NCBI GenBank assembly: GCA_025350695.1
Contig: JANXXI010000368.1
Span: forward strand, 73 to 64,072
Source of the DNA: Acidobacteriota bacterium
GTDB taxonomy: Bacteria; Acidobacteriota; Terriglobia; Bryobacterales; Bryobacteraceae
DNA length: 64,000 bases
Direction: 5' to 3'
Positions 29,196-37,946 of the stretch are shown here, one piece after another. The translations under genes were made by a program, and so were the position numbers. Position 1 is the stretch's first letter; every line of letters begins with the position of its first letter. The notes beneath the pieces were generated by a model, which was not told the DNA's origin, searched no databases, and saw nothing but the letters and a program-made list of their open reading frames with translations.

Positions 29196-30454
29196 GACGA
29201 AGGGATGCTGTGGCGGCGGTTGCTTATCAGGTTGTTGGAATGCGGGCGCAAGTGCGAGCCGCTACCGCTGATCGCATCCGGATAGGGTTCATTGGATCTG
29301 GCATTCGCGGTTCTCAACTATTGGGCGATTTCGTGAAAGCCCCCGGTGTTGTCCCGGTGATTGTGGCTGACGTCTACGATGGCTGCCTACAACGGGCCCA
29401 GGATCAGACCGACGGGGCCATTGAGATAACCAGAGACTATCGCGCCGTTCTTGATCGTAAGGATATCGACGCGGTTGTGATCGCTACCCCCGACCATTGG
29501 CACAAGAAGATGACGTTGGATGCATTGTCGGCGGGGAAGCATGTCTACATTGAAAAGCCTCTAACCTGGTCAATTGAGGAAGGTCCTGAAATGATCGCGG
29601 CAGCTGCCCAATCCAAGCGGCTGCTGCAGGTGGGCAGCGGGGCTAAGACTTCGGCCGTGACGGCTAAGGCTCGCGAACTGGTTAGTAGCGGGGTCCTGGG
29701 CAAGATCATGCAGGTGAAGATGGTCAACAATCGAAACACTCCGGAAGGCGCCTGGGTTTATCCAATTCCTCCAGACGCTTCTGAAACGTCGATCGATTGG
29801 CAGAGGTTTCTCGGAGACCGGCCGAAGAAGCCTTTCGATGCGAAGACGTTTTTCCGATGGCGCTGCTGGTGGGAATACTCCGGAGGAGTGGCCACCGATC
29901 TGTTCGTCCACATGACCTCGCAACTGCACGAAGTGATGAGCGTAGAGGGGCCAACTTCGGTTGTTAGCCAAGGCGGATTGTACCGGTGGAAAGACGGCCG
30001 CACCGTTCCGGATTTCATGTCGTCCGTTTATGAATACCCAGGGTTTCTGGCGGAGATGTCGGTAAACCAGTGCAATGGATTTGCTCCAAGGATGATGCAG
30101 ATCGCCGGTACCGAAGGAACATTAGAAGTAGGGACGGATCGGGTCGTGCACCATTTCGAACGCAAGGCGGATAATGTCCAACGTTATGGAAGCCTGTCTT
30201 GGCCCAAGGATATACGTGCGCGCTACCTTGAGACGGCGCGAAAAACGGCGGGGGCAGAGAAACCAAAGGAGATCAAAATAGAGCAGGGCGCTTCGCATAC
30301 GGATCTGTTTCTGGTTTCCTTGCGCGAGGGCAAGCCCAGTGTTGAGGATGCTCGCGAGGGCCACTTAGCCGCCGGCGCTGCGCACTTGGCAAACATGGCC
30401 TTCAGGTCCGGCCGACGAATGCATTGGGACCTCAAAACGAATGCCGTCAGCTAA
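29192..30454 (+). CDS. Gfo/Idh/MocA-family oxidoreductase
   Basis: Rossmann motif IGFIGSGIRG, then ATPDHWH and YIEKP. The TTG start overlaps the sulfatase stop. An alternative ATG start is at 29240. Confidence 0.85.
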   Translation: MRRRDAVAAVAYQVVGMRAQVRAATADRIRIGFIGSGIRGSQLLGDFVKAPGVVPVIVADVYDGCLQRAQDQTDGAIEITRDYRAVLDRKDIDAVVIATPDHWHKKMTLDALSAGKHVYIEKPLTWSIEEGPEMIAAAAQSKRLLQVGSGAKTSAVTAKARELVSSGVLGKIMQVKMVNNRNTPEGAWVYPIPPDASETSIDWQRFLGDRPKKPFDAKTFFRWRCWWEYSGGVATDLFVHMTSQLHEVMSVEGPTSVVSQGGLYRWKDGRTVPDFMSSVYEYPGFLAEMSVNQCNGFAPRMMQIAGTEGTLEVGTDRVVHHFERKADNVQRYGSLSWPKDIRARYLETARKTAGAEKPKEIKIEQGASHTDLFLVSLREGKPSVEDAREGHLAAGAAHLANMAFRSGRRMHWDLKTNAVS

Positions 30455-32112
30455 TTCTGCACCGCCACAGTTGCTAGAGGAATTGACCAAACACTCGTTT
30501 CCATTGCTCCCTCTGTAAACGCTATGCTTCGACCGTCGGGTGAAATTGCGATCCCCCCGAACGGTCCAATTGTCACGGGAGCGCTAAAGTCCAGCGGCAT
30601 TTTTATCGTGACAACCCCATCGCTTACAAAGGCTGCGTCGAGTGTCAACGCTACTTGCTTGATGGTGTCCAAGGGCGTTTTGCGCAATGCCATCTTTCCA
30701 TTGGACCGGATGCCTACAAAACCATTGGCGTAGCCGACGACAATCACCGAACCATCGGTAGAGGCGGCGATCCCTCGAAGTACATTCACGGCGGGCGCCT
30801 TGTATAGGATCTCGTCCGATGTCTTCCCGCGTTTTTTCATCTCCTGGCCATTGCGGATATAAACGACGCCATCTTTGACCGACACGCCCTCCACACCTCG
30901 AAACGTCGCGTCCTCGTCGACCACGAGCGGACTAGGGTTTTGATTTTCTTTGGCTGATGGATCCAACAGAAAAAGGCCAGCGCGGCCAAGACGATCGCTG
31001 CCACTGACCAAAATCCTCTCACCATCGTGCGACCATTTCACCGATTCAATATGCGCCATGCGTGACGAAAGCTCCCGCTCCGATCCATCAGTCTGGCGCA
31101 ATACAATCACACGGGAAGGCTGGCCAAAGTTCTCCGCACCACGCCGCGAAAGATAGGCCAATGTCTTTCCGTCTGGTGAAAACTCCGGATTGCTGTTCAG
31201 GCCCGGGAACAATTTGGAGACGGCTGCTGCTTTCGTCAGGTCACCGAGCGGCGCCAGCAAAATGTCCACGCCGCCCATTCTTGAACCAAAAAACAGTTCG
31301 TTAGATGTAGTGATGCCAAGGGGTAAGTAGCGGCCCAGATTCGACGCAATCTTGATTGGCGCACCAGACGGCCGACCATTGATGACTCGAATCCGAAAAG
31401 CTTCCATGGCGCCGGACGCGTCGGCGGCGAAATAGATAAACTTGCCGTCTGACGACCACAGTGGAAAGAGTTGACTACCGCCGGTATCGGTAAGGCGTGT
31501 TTCCGAGGAACCATCGGCGGCAATCACGAACAGCGCACGTTCAGGGCCGCCATCTTTTACAAAAGTGTCGTAGGCAATGAATTTTCCGTCCGGCGAAAAA
31601 TCCATCTTCTTCGGGTACACCCAATTCAGCGACTTCAAGATGCGTGGCGGTCCACCGGCAACTGGCGCCAAGGCGATCTGGCTAATATTATCCTTGCGGA
31701 AAAGCAAAGTTAGGATGTACTTGCCGTCCGGCGACCAGGCACAGGGTTGAACAAATCCCGCTTCCTCATTCTGAAATAGGATACGGCTCTTGCCGTTCAG
31801 GTCCACCACCCGCAGATCGTAGAACGATTGTTGGTTGAACCATGCATAGGCAATCTGCTGCGAATCGGGGGAGATAGTCGAAAAGTACGCGAACTCTTTT
31901 GACGCTGCGGGCTTTGAGGTAAGCTGGCGATTCGTTCCAGCGCGCAAGTCGCGTAAAGCTAAATTGCCCGATTTGGAATCGACAAAGGAGAGTAGCTTGC
32001 CGTCTTTCGACGGGCCGCCTAACAAGTTGACGTCGTCGCCGGTCCATAGGCGGCGCGGTTCCTGCGCCCACAACGCGCATAGCAGAACATGGCCAAATAC
32101 AAACTTAGTCAT
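30451..32112 (-). CDS. PD40/TolB-like beta-propeller repeat protein, secreted
   Basis: Signal peptide plus repeated SPDG(K/R)xIAY-type WD40-like (PD40) motifs (SPDSQQIAY, SPDGKYIL, SPDGKFIAY, SPDGKTLAY, SPDGRSIAF). Confidence 0.75.
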   Translation of the reverse strand: MTKFVFGHVLLCALWAQEPRRLWTGDDVNLLGGPSKDGKLLSFVDSKSGNLALRDLRAGTNRQLTSKPAASKEFAYFSTISPDSQQIAYAWFNQQSFYDLRVVDLNGKSRILFQNEEAGFVQPCAWSPDGKYILTLLFRKDNISQIALAPVAGGPPRILKSLNWVYPKKMDFSPDGKFIAYDTFVKDGGPERALFVIAADGSSETRLTDTGGSQLFPLWSSDGKFIYFAADASGAMEAFRIRVINGRPSGAPIKIASNLGRYLPLGITTSNELFFGSRMGGVDILLAPLGDLTKAAAVSKLFPGLNSNPEFSPDGKTLAYLSRRGAENFGQPSRVIVLRQTDGSERELSSRMAHIESVKWSHDGERILVSGSDRLGRAGLFLLDPSAKENQNPSPLVVDEDATFRGVEGVSVKDGVVYIRNGQEMKKRGKTSDEILYKAPAVNVLRGIAASTDGSVIVVGYANGFVGIRSNGKMALRKTPLDTIKQVALTLDAAFVSDGVVTIKMPLDFSAPVTIGPFGGIAISPDGRSIAFTEGAMETSVWSIPLATVAVQN

Positions 32113-35100
32113 TGTTCCAATCGGGCAGACGGCCTGGAGTTAAGGGTGCTCCAGCACGCTCCAGCGCCTTTTCGATCTTGGGTAGCTCGTCGTCTACAAT
32201 GGTCCGCAGCCGAGCCAGGACAGGCCTGAACTCTTCCGCCGCCAGATTGAATTGCTCTGTTTGGGTTTGTGTTGGCCGGCCAGTGGAAAAGCGGAAACGT
32301 TGCGTGGCCGTGTTTACCCGGTTGCTGATGGAGGGCGGAGGAATGTCGGAGTTGGGCCGCGTGCCACGCAGTTCATGAAGAATGCGGTCAATGCGTGAGT
32401 CAACCGATGCAAGTTCATTGGCTGGCTGCACTGCGTCTGCTTCCTGCGCCGCCCGCCTTAGCAGGCCGATGCGCGTCTTCGCGGCCGCTGCTACTTCGCC
32501 CGCTCCATTCACCGCCCGTTGTAGACGCAGCGCTTTAGTCTGAAAATCCGCCAGGGCTTTGCGATCTGTGGCGGAGAGGCTTTCCGCGCCTTCAAGCACT
32601 ATATTGAAATTCTGCTGCCCGGGCAATGGTACGACCTTGCCGTCTACCCTTTGCGCCATGGTGACGGTGTACTTTCCTGGCATGGCCAACGCGCCTTGCG
32701 GGCCGAAGGTAACCCCATCAGGCAACGTCACGCCAGACGGCGGTTGGGGCGGCGTGGCGGACATGGACGGGGGAGCATGGCGAAAATCCCAAGTAATGCG
32801 CTGCATACCGGCCGTCGCCGGGGCACTGATGCGGCGAACGAACTTGCCGTCGCCTTCGGTGATTGTGAACAGCAACACTGGCGCCTGTTCCGTTTCCTCT
32901 TCTCGCAGTTCATTGATCGTCGGATAGTAAATGGGTTTCTTTTGCTTCTCCGCTTCTTTTTCGGCTTCCTGACGTTTTTGCTTTCTCGTCTTTGACGCTT
33001 CCTTCAAGTAGTAACTGAATGTTGCGCCGTAGGGCGGGTTAGGGGCGGTGAAGAACGATGCTCCCAATGAATTGGAAAACGTTGACGATGAGCGGATATA
33101 CATCGGCGCATCCTTAATTGGGAACAATTGCGATGCCTGAGCGAGTGTATCGTTGCTCACTTTGTGAAGCGGCGTGTAATCGTCTAAGACATAGAATCCT
33201 CGGCCGAAGGTTGCAATTACCAAATCATGCTCCCGGTTTTGGATCGCGATATCGCGCACCGCGATAGTAGGAAGACCGCCCTTCATCTGAATCCATTTTG
33301 CGCCCCCATCCACGCTGAAGAAAAGCCCAAAGTCCGACCCTGCGAATAGCATATTTGCCTGGGTAGGATCTTCGGCTACGGCGTGAAGCGACCCGCGCTC
33401 CGGCAGATTGCCTCTAATGCTTGTCCAAGTGGCTCCGGTGTCCGTGCTCTTCAATAAATAGGGCAAAAAGTCGCCATTCTGATGATTGTTGAAGACGGCG
33501 TAAACGATAGCCGCGTTGTGGCTGGATGGCAGGATGCGGGAAACGTAACTGTGATCAGGCACCCCTGGGAACTTCTCAATCTTACGCCACGTATTGCCAC
33601 CGTTTTCGGTAATTTGAATCAAACCATCGTCGGTGCCAACGAATATCAGCCCATCCTTTTTTGTGGATTCGGCCAAGGCCGAAGCGTTCCCATAGAGGGC
33701 TGTCGACTGGTTCTTTCCCACCGCGTCCGGACCCCAAATCTTACCCATGACCGGCAGAGTATTTCGATCAAGTCTGCTGGTCAAGTCCGGACTGATTCCT
33801 TTCCAATCATCGCCTCGATTGTCCGAACGGAACAACTTATGGCCGGCGAAGTAAATCCGTTTACTTGAAAATGGACTGATTACGAACGGTGCATCCCAAT
33901 TGAACCGCTGAGATTCCATATCCTTCCCTTCAATCGGAGCGATGGCAACCCGTTCTCCGGTGCGTTTGTCGAACCGGACCAAGCCGCCATTTTGGCTTTC
34001 GGCATAGATCGTGTTCGGATCTTTAGGGTCAACCCGCGAGTGAAACCCGTCGCCGCCATTCGTCACAAACCAATCAGAATTGACTATGCCCGCGGTGCTG
34101 CGCGTCCTCGACGGCCCGCCAACGGAACCATTGTCCTGTGTGCCCCCAAATACGTTGTAAAAGGGTTTATCGTTGTCCGTTGCGACGTCATAAAACTGAG
34201 CGATTGGCAGGTTAGAATGAAACTTCCAATTTGATCCTTTGTCGAAACTTTCATAAATACCTCCGTCGCAACCAACCAGCAAGTAATTCGTATTCGCCGG
34301 ATCCACCCAAATTGCGTGGTTATCGACGTGTTTCAATCTTTCGCCAAGCGGGCGTTGGGTGCGGCCCCCATCGTCAGAAACCTGAAAGATTACGTTAGGG
34401 ATATAGATCCGGTCAACCAGCTTTGGATCGGCGGCAATTTGGCCGTAGTACATTCCTTGCGCGATGTTCGAACTCGTCTTTTCCCAAGTTGCGCCCCTGT
34501 CCGCTGAGCGGAAGATGCCGCTGAGATTTCCTGATGCTTCGACAGTTGCGTAAATCACGCTGTTGTCCGCCGGGGAAATGGCAAGCCCAATGCGTCCCAG
34601 ATCGCCTTGCGGCAATCCGCTGCGAAGTTTAGTCCAAGTTGCGCCAGCGTCAACCGACTTATAAATCGCGCTTTCCGGGCCACCGTTTATCAACGTGTAG
34701 AAGTGACGACGGCGCTGCCAGGTGGCCGCAAATAAAATGTCGGGATTCGATGGGGAAATGGCAACGTCGGTTGCGCCCGTATGTTCGGTTCCTGCAATGA
34801 CAGCCTTCCAGGTTTTGCCGCCATCGGTGGTCTTGTACAATCCCCGTTCTCCGCCCGAAGACCACAATGGGCCTTGCGCCGCCACATACACAACATTGCT
34901 GTCCCGCGGATCAATGGCAATCCGCCCGATATGCTCGCTTTTCTTTAAGCCCACATTTCGCCAACTCTTGCCGCCATCATCGGAACGATAGACGCCGTCC
35001 CCATAGCCCACGCTGCGCTGGCTATTACGCTCACCCGTCCCTACCCAGACGGTGGAAGGATTGTTCGGATCAATCGCAATAGCTCCGATCGAATAAGAGC

Positions 35101-35404
35101 CTTCATTGTCGAATATCGGATTCCAGGTTGTGCCGGCGTTGGTGGTTTTCCATACGCCACCCGATGCAACTGCGACGTAATATTTGGCGCGATCCTTCGG
35201 GTCGACGGCAAACGCTATGACTCGGCCGGATGTCACTGCAGGTCCAATATTTCGCCAACGCAAACCCGCGAAGGTGGTCGTCGACATCGGGTTGGCCTTC
35301 TCCGAGGTTTCTGGCTTCGTCGCTTCTGGCTCCTGAGCCCAAACCTGGGCTGCAAGCAATAAAGTGGATACAAACGTACGCCTAGTAATTGTCACTATAA
35401 CCAT
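32105..35404 (-). CDS. BNR/Sortilin-VPS10-type repeat protein (glycosyl-hydrolase-like double beta-propeller), secreted, 1099 aa
   Basis: Signal peptide plus many SxDxGxTW BNR/Asp-box motifs (TTNAGTTW, SDDGGKSW, TTDGGKTW, SVDAGATW, SADRGATW, SFDKGSNW, TENGGNTW, STDTGATW, SVDGGAKW). Confidence 0.8.
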   Translation of the reverse strand: MVIVTITRRTFVSTLLLAAQVWAQEPEATKPETSEKANPMSTTTFAGLRWRNIGPAVTSGRVIAFAVDPKDRAKYYVAVASGGVWKTTNAGTTWNPIFDNEGSYSIGAIAIDPNNPSTVWVGTGERNSQRSVGYGDGVYRSDDGGKSWRNVGLKKSEHIGRIAIDPRDSNVVYVAAQGPLWSSGGERGLYKTTDGGKTWKAVIAGTEHTGATDVAISPSNPDILFAATWQRRRHFYTLINGGPESAIYKSVDAGATWTKLRSGLPQGDLGRIGLAISPADNSVIYATVEASGNLSGIFRSADRGATWEKTSSNIAQGMYYGQIAADPKLVDRIYIPNVIFQVSDDGGRTQRPLGERLKHVDNHAIWVDPANTNYLLVGCDGGIYESFDKGSNWKFHSNLPIAQFYDVATDNDKPFYNVFGGTQDNGSVGGPSRTRSTAGIVNSDWFVTNGGDGFHSRVDPKDPNTIYAESQNGGLVRFDKRTGERVAIAPIEGKDMESQRFNWDAPFVISPFSSKRIYFAGHKLFRSDNRGDDWKGISPDLTSRLDRNTLPVMGKIWGPDAVGKNQSTALYGNASALAESTKKDGLIFVGTDDGLIQITENGGNTWRKIEKFPGVPDHSYVSRILPSSHNAAIVYAVFNNHQNGDFLPYLLKSTDTGATWTSIRGNLPERGSLHAVAEDPTQANMLFAGSDFGLFFSVDGGAKWIQMKGGLPTIAVRDIAIQNREHDLVIATFGRGFYVLDDYTPLHKVSNDTLAQASQLFPIKDAPMYIRSSSTFSNSLGASFFTAPNPPYGATFSYYLKEASKTRKQKRQEAEKEAEKQKKPIYYPTINELREEETEQAPVLLFTITEGDGKFVRRISAPATAGMQRITWDFRHAPPSMSATPPQPPSGVTLPDGVTFGPQGALAMPGKYTVTMAQRVDGKVVPLPGQQNFNIVLEGAESLSATDRKALADFQTKALRLQRAVNGAGEVAAAAKTRIGLLRRAAQEADAVQPANELASVDSRIDRILHELRGTRPNSDIPPPSISNRVNTATQRFRFSTGRPTQTQTEQFNLAAEEFRPVLARLRTIVDDELPKIEKALERAGAPLTPGRLPDWNND

Positions 35405-35465
35405 ACTGTCCTCTTAAGTCGCGATGAATGTGGGGAAATTCCCGAGCCGTGCGGCAGGCCCCCTG

Positions 35466-36146
35466 CTACGCTGCAACAAGTTCTTGAAGAATTTCGCGAA
35501 CCGCCAGCGCCGGGTCGGCGGCTCTGGTCACTTGCCGTCCGATCACGAGATAATTCGCTCCGGCTTCGATTGCTTCACGCGGTGTGGCCACTCGCTTTTG
35601 GTCGCCCGCTCCCGCGCCGGCCGAGCGCACGCCCGGGGTCACTAGAACTGCCTGAGCTCCGGTAATTGCCCTTACGCGCGAAGCTTCAAGCGGCGAGCAT
35701 ACAATACCGTCGACCCTAGCCGCCATGGCTTTGCGAACACGCAGGTCCACCAGATCTTCGACCGAACAGTTGTACCCTAAGTCGGCGAGATCCGACTTGT
35801 CAAAGCTGGTGAGAACGGTTACTGCAAGTAATTGCATCGGGGAATCACCCCGGCCTTCGACCGCTGCATGCATCACCGATTCACTACCATGGATCGTCAG
35901 AAACCGCACGCCGCTCTTGGCGACTTGCTTTACGGCTCTGCGTACCGTTTCCCCAATGTCGTAAAACTTCATGTCAAGAAATACTTGTTTGCCCTGGCCA
36001 GTAAGTTCTCTGACAAACTCCATTCCTGCAGATGCGTAAAGCTCCATGCCCACTTTATAGATGTCCACAACGGAAGCTGTTTGTCGAACAATCGTCCGAG
36101 CTTCCTCGGCAGTTTCCACATCAAGCGCAATAATTAACGGATTCAC
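35466..36146 (-). CDS. pyrF: Orotidine 5'-phosphate decarboxylase
   Basis: Contains LIIALDV, the FLDMKFYDIGETV (DxKxxD) active site, and the C-terminal LVIGRQV. Length is 226 aa. Confidence 0.9.
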   Translation of the reverse strand: MNPLIIALDVETAEEARTIVRQTASVVDIYKVGMELYASAGMEFVRELTGQGKQVFLDMKFYDIGETVRRAVKQVAKSGVRFLTIHGSESVMHAAVEGRGDSPMQLLAVTVLTSFDKSDLADLGYNCSVEDLVDLRVRKAMAARVDGIVCSPLEASRVRAITGAQAVLVTPGVRSAGAGAGDQKRVATPREAIEAGANYLVIGRQVTRAADPALAVREILQELVAA

Positions 36147-37186
36147 TTTACCAGGATAGCCTTCTGTTCTTGTTCTGTCACACGTCCAATACGGTACGAC
36201 TGAGGGTAAAGCCGCTCCATAATCGCCGCGTCCTTTTCTGGCATCGTAAGTAACAGGCCACCCGACGTTTGCGGATCGTAGAGCAGATTGGCAATTTCTT
36301 CAGGCACTGTGACGTCCAGTTCCACCGAAGCACTGCAATAGTCGCGATTATTCTTCAGTCCACCCGGAATAGCTCCTTGCCTGGAGTAGGCGACTGCGCC
36401 TGGAAGGAACTGCACTAAGGAATGATCGATAACCAGTGTCACTCGGCTCGCTGCCGCGACCTCACGGGCATGGCCCAGCAGACCGAAACCTGTGACATCC
36501 GTGGCTCCGTGAACCTCTAATTGAGACATCGCTTCAGCTGCGGCGCGGTTCAGTAAGCACATCGAAGCGATTGAAGTCTCAATATGTGATTTATCGGCTA
36601 TTCCTCTTTTCAACGCGGTCGATATAATTCCTGTGCCGAGCCTCTTAGTAAGGACCAATGCATCTCCCGGCTGAGCCCCAGCGTTGGGTTTGATCCGATT
36701 CGGGTCAACTAAGCCCGTAACCGCGTAGCCAAATTTTGGCTCGTCGTCGTTGATGGAATGGCCTCCAAGGATCGAGCAGTCTGCTTCCCTCATTTTCTCG
36801 GCTCCGCCTTGTAACAGCGCGGCCAAATCGTCCAAATCACCGGAGGCAGGCCAAGCAAGAATGGAAAGCGAAGTGATCGGCTTACCACCCATGGCGTATA
36901 CATCGCTCAAAGCATTGGCTGCGGCGATAGCGCCAAAAAGAAAGGGGTCGTCCACGATGGGCGTGAAGAAATCGACAGTCTGCACCAAGGCGCAATCAGG
37001 CGTCAATAGATACACGCCTGCATCGTCCGACGTATTGAATCCAATCAGTACTTTCGGATCATGCTGTTGCGGCAAACTGGCTAGCACCTTGTCCAAAACC
37101 TTTGGACTTAATTTGCTTGCTCAACCTGCTGCTTTGACGTGTGCTGTTAGCTTTCCTGTCAGGGTATTGATCCTATCCTCCCTCAA
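36143..37186 (-). CDS. selD: Selenide, water dikinase (selenophosphate synthetase), selenocysteine-containing; in-frame UGA at 37121..37123
   Basis: The ORF track gives only 36143..37096. Extending the same frame upstream gives L-REDRINTLTGKLTAHVKAAG-U-ASKLSPKVLDKVLASL. The UGA aligns with the Cys/Sec of the SelD GxG(C/U)xxK motif. The only canonical start after the closing TGA (37199-37201) is TTG at 37184-37186, giving 347 aa. Confidence 0.85.
37091..37107 (-). promoter_or_regulatory. Candidate bacterial SECIS stem-loop inside selD
   Basis: The mRNA reads GUCCAAA-GGU-UUUGGAC, a 6-7 bp stem with G and U in the apical loop. It starts 13 nt after the UGA codon. Confidence 0.5.
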
Positions 37187-37267
37187 TTGTAGCTTTTGTC
37201 ACTCTGGTTTAGAGGCGATTGAGGCTGGTATCCCATAGGGTGGTATCCAGGACGGAATAATCCTTAT

Positions 37268-37294
37268 TAAAACAACACCTCTCACTGACGATAT
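37268..37294 (+). promoter_or_regulatory. Sigma-28 (FliA)-like promoter candidate upstream of cheW
   Basis: TAAA (37268-37271), a 15-nt spacer, then GACGATAT (37287-37294). The consensus is TAAA-N15-GCCGATAA, so the -10 element matches 6 of 8. It lies about 68 nt upstream of the cheW start. Confidence 0.3.
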
Positions 37295-37361
37295 GAAACA
37301 TTGCTGGTTCCTTACGTATCGAAATAAGTTGCGGAGCCAATACAGCCAGAAGGGGATGCGA

Positions 37362-37898
37362 ATGAGCACTACGGAGATGTCTATATCAGTACCGGCAAGC
37401 AAGTCCGGCGACAAGTCTCAGGTTGAAGACAGCCGGGTTGGAAAGTATCTGGCGTTTCACTTGGGCAATGAGGAGTTTGGCATTCAGGTCTTAAAAGTAA
37501 GGGAAATTATTGGGGTTCAGGATATCACCGCGGTACCCAAGACCCCACCCTACTTAAAAGGAGTCATCAATCTTCGGGGCAAAGTGATCCCTGTAATTGA
37601 TCTCAGAATCAAGTTTGGGTTAGAGCAGGAGCCCTACACTCAGCGAACATGCATCATCGTGGTCCAGGTGGCTGGTGAAAATGGTCCGATTCAAATCGGA
37701 GTGGTAGTTGACGGGGTTTCTGAAGTTCTGAACATAGCGTTTCAAGATTTGGAAAACACTCCCGATTTTGGCACAGGAGAGGCGATCCTCTACGTGTTGG
37801 GTATGGCAAAGATGAAAGACGGAGTCAAAATCCTGTTGGACATAGACGCGGTGTTAACCAACAAGGAATTCCAAGGACTCAAGTCGCTAGGCCTCTGA
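37362..37898 (+). CDS. cheW: Chemotaxis coupling protein CheW
   Basis: CheW-like domain: KYLAFHLGNEEFGIQVLKVREII...PPYLKGVINLRGKVIPVIDLR. The start is moved to the ATG at 37362, which is preceded by GAAGGGG, rather than the ORF-track start at 37293. Confidence 0.85.
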   Translation: MSTTEMSISVPASKSGDKSQVEDSRVGKYLAFHLGNEEFGIQVLKVREIIGVQDITAVPKTPPYLKGVINLRGKVIPVIDLRIKFGLEQEPYTQRTCIIVVQVAGENGPIQIGVVVDGVSEVLNIAFQDLENTPDFGTGEAILYVLGMAKMKDGVKILLDIDAVLTNKEFQGLKSLGL

Positions 37899-37946
37899 GA
37901 CTGTCCCAATTCTCGTAGGTCGTCGTGGATTTTAGTTAGTAGTTGA

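Noticed and set aside
37199-37201. A second in-frame TGA upstream of selD, considered as a possible additional Sec codon or longer N-terminus
   Set aside because: The residues upstream of it show no SelD similarity. The TTG at 37184-37186 already gives a family-typical length, so I treat this TGA as the true frame-closing stop.
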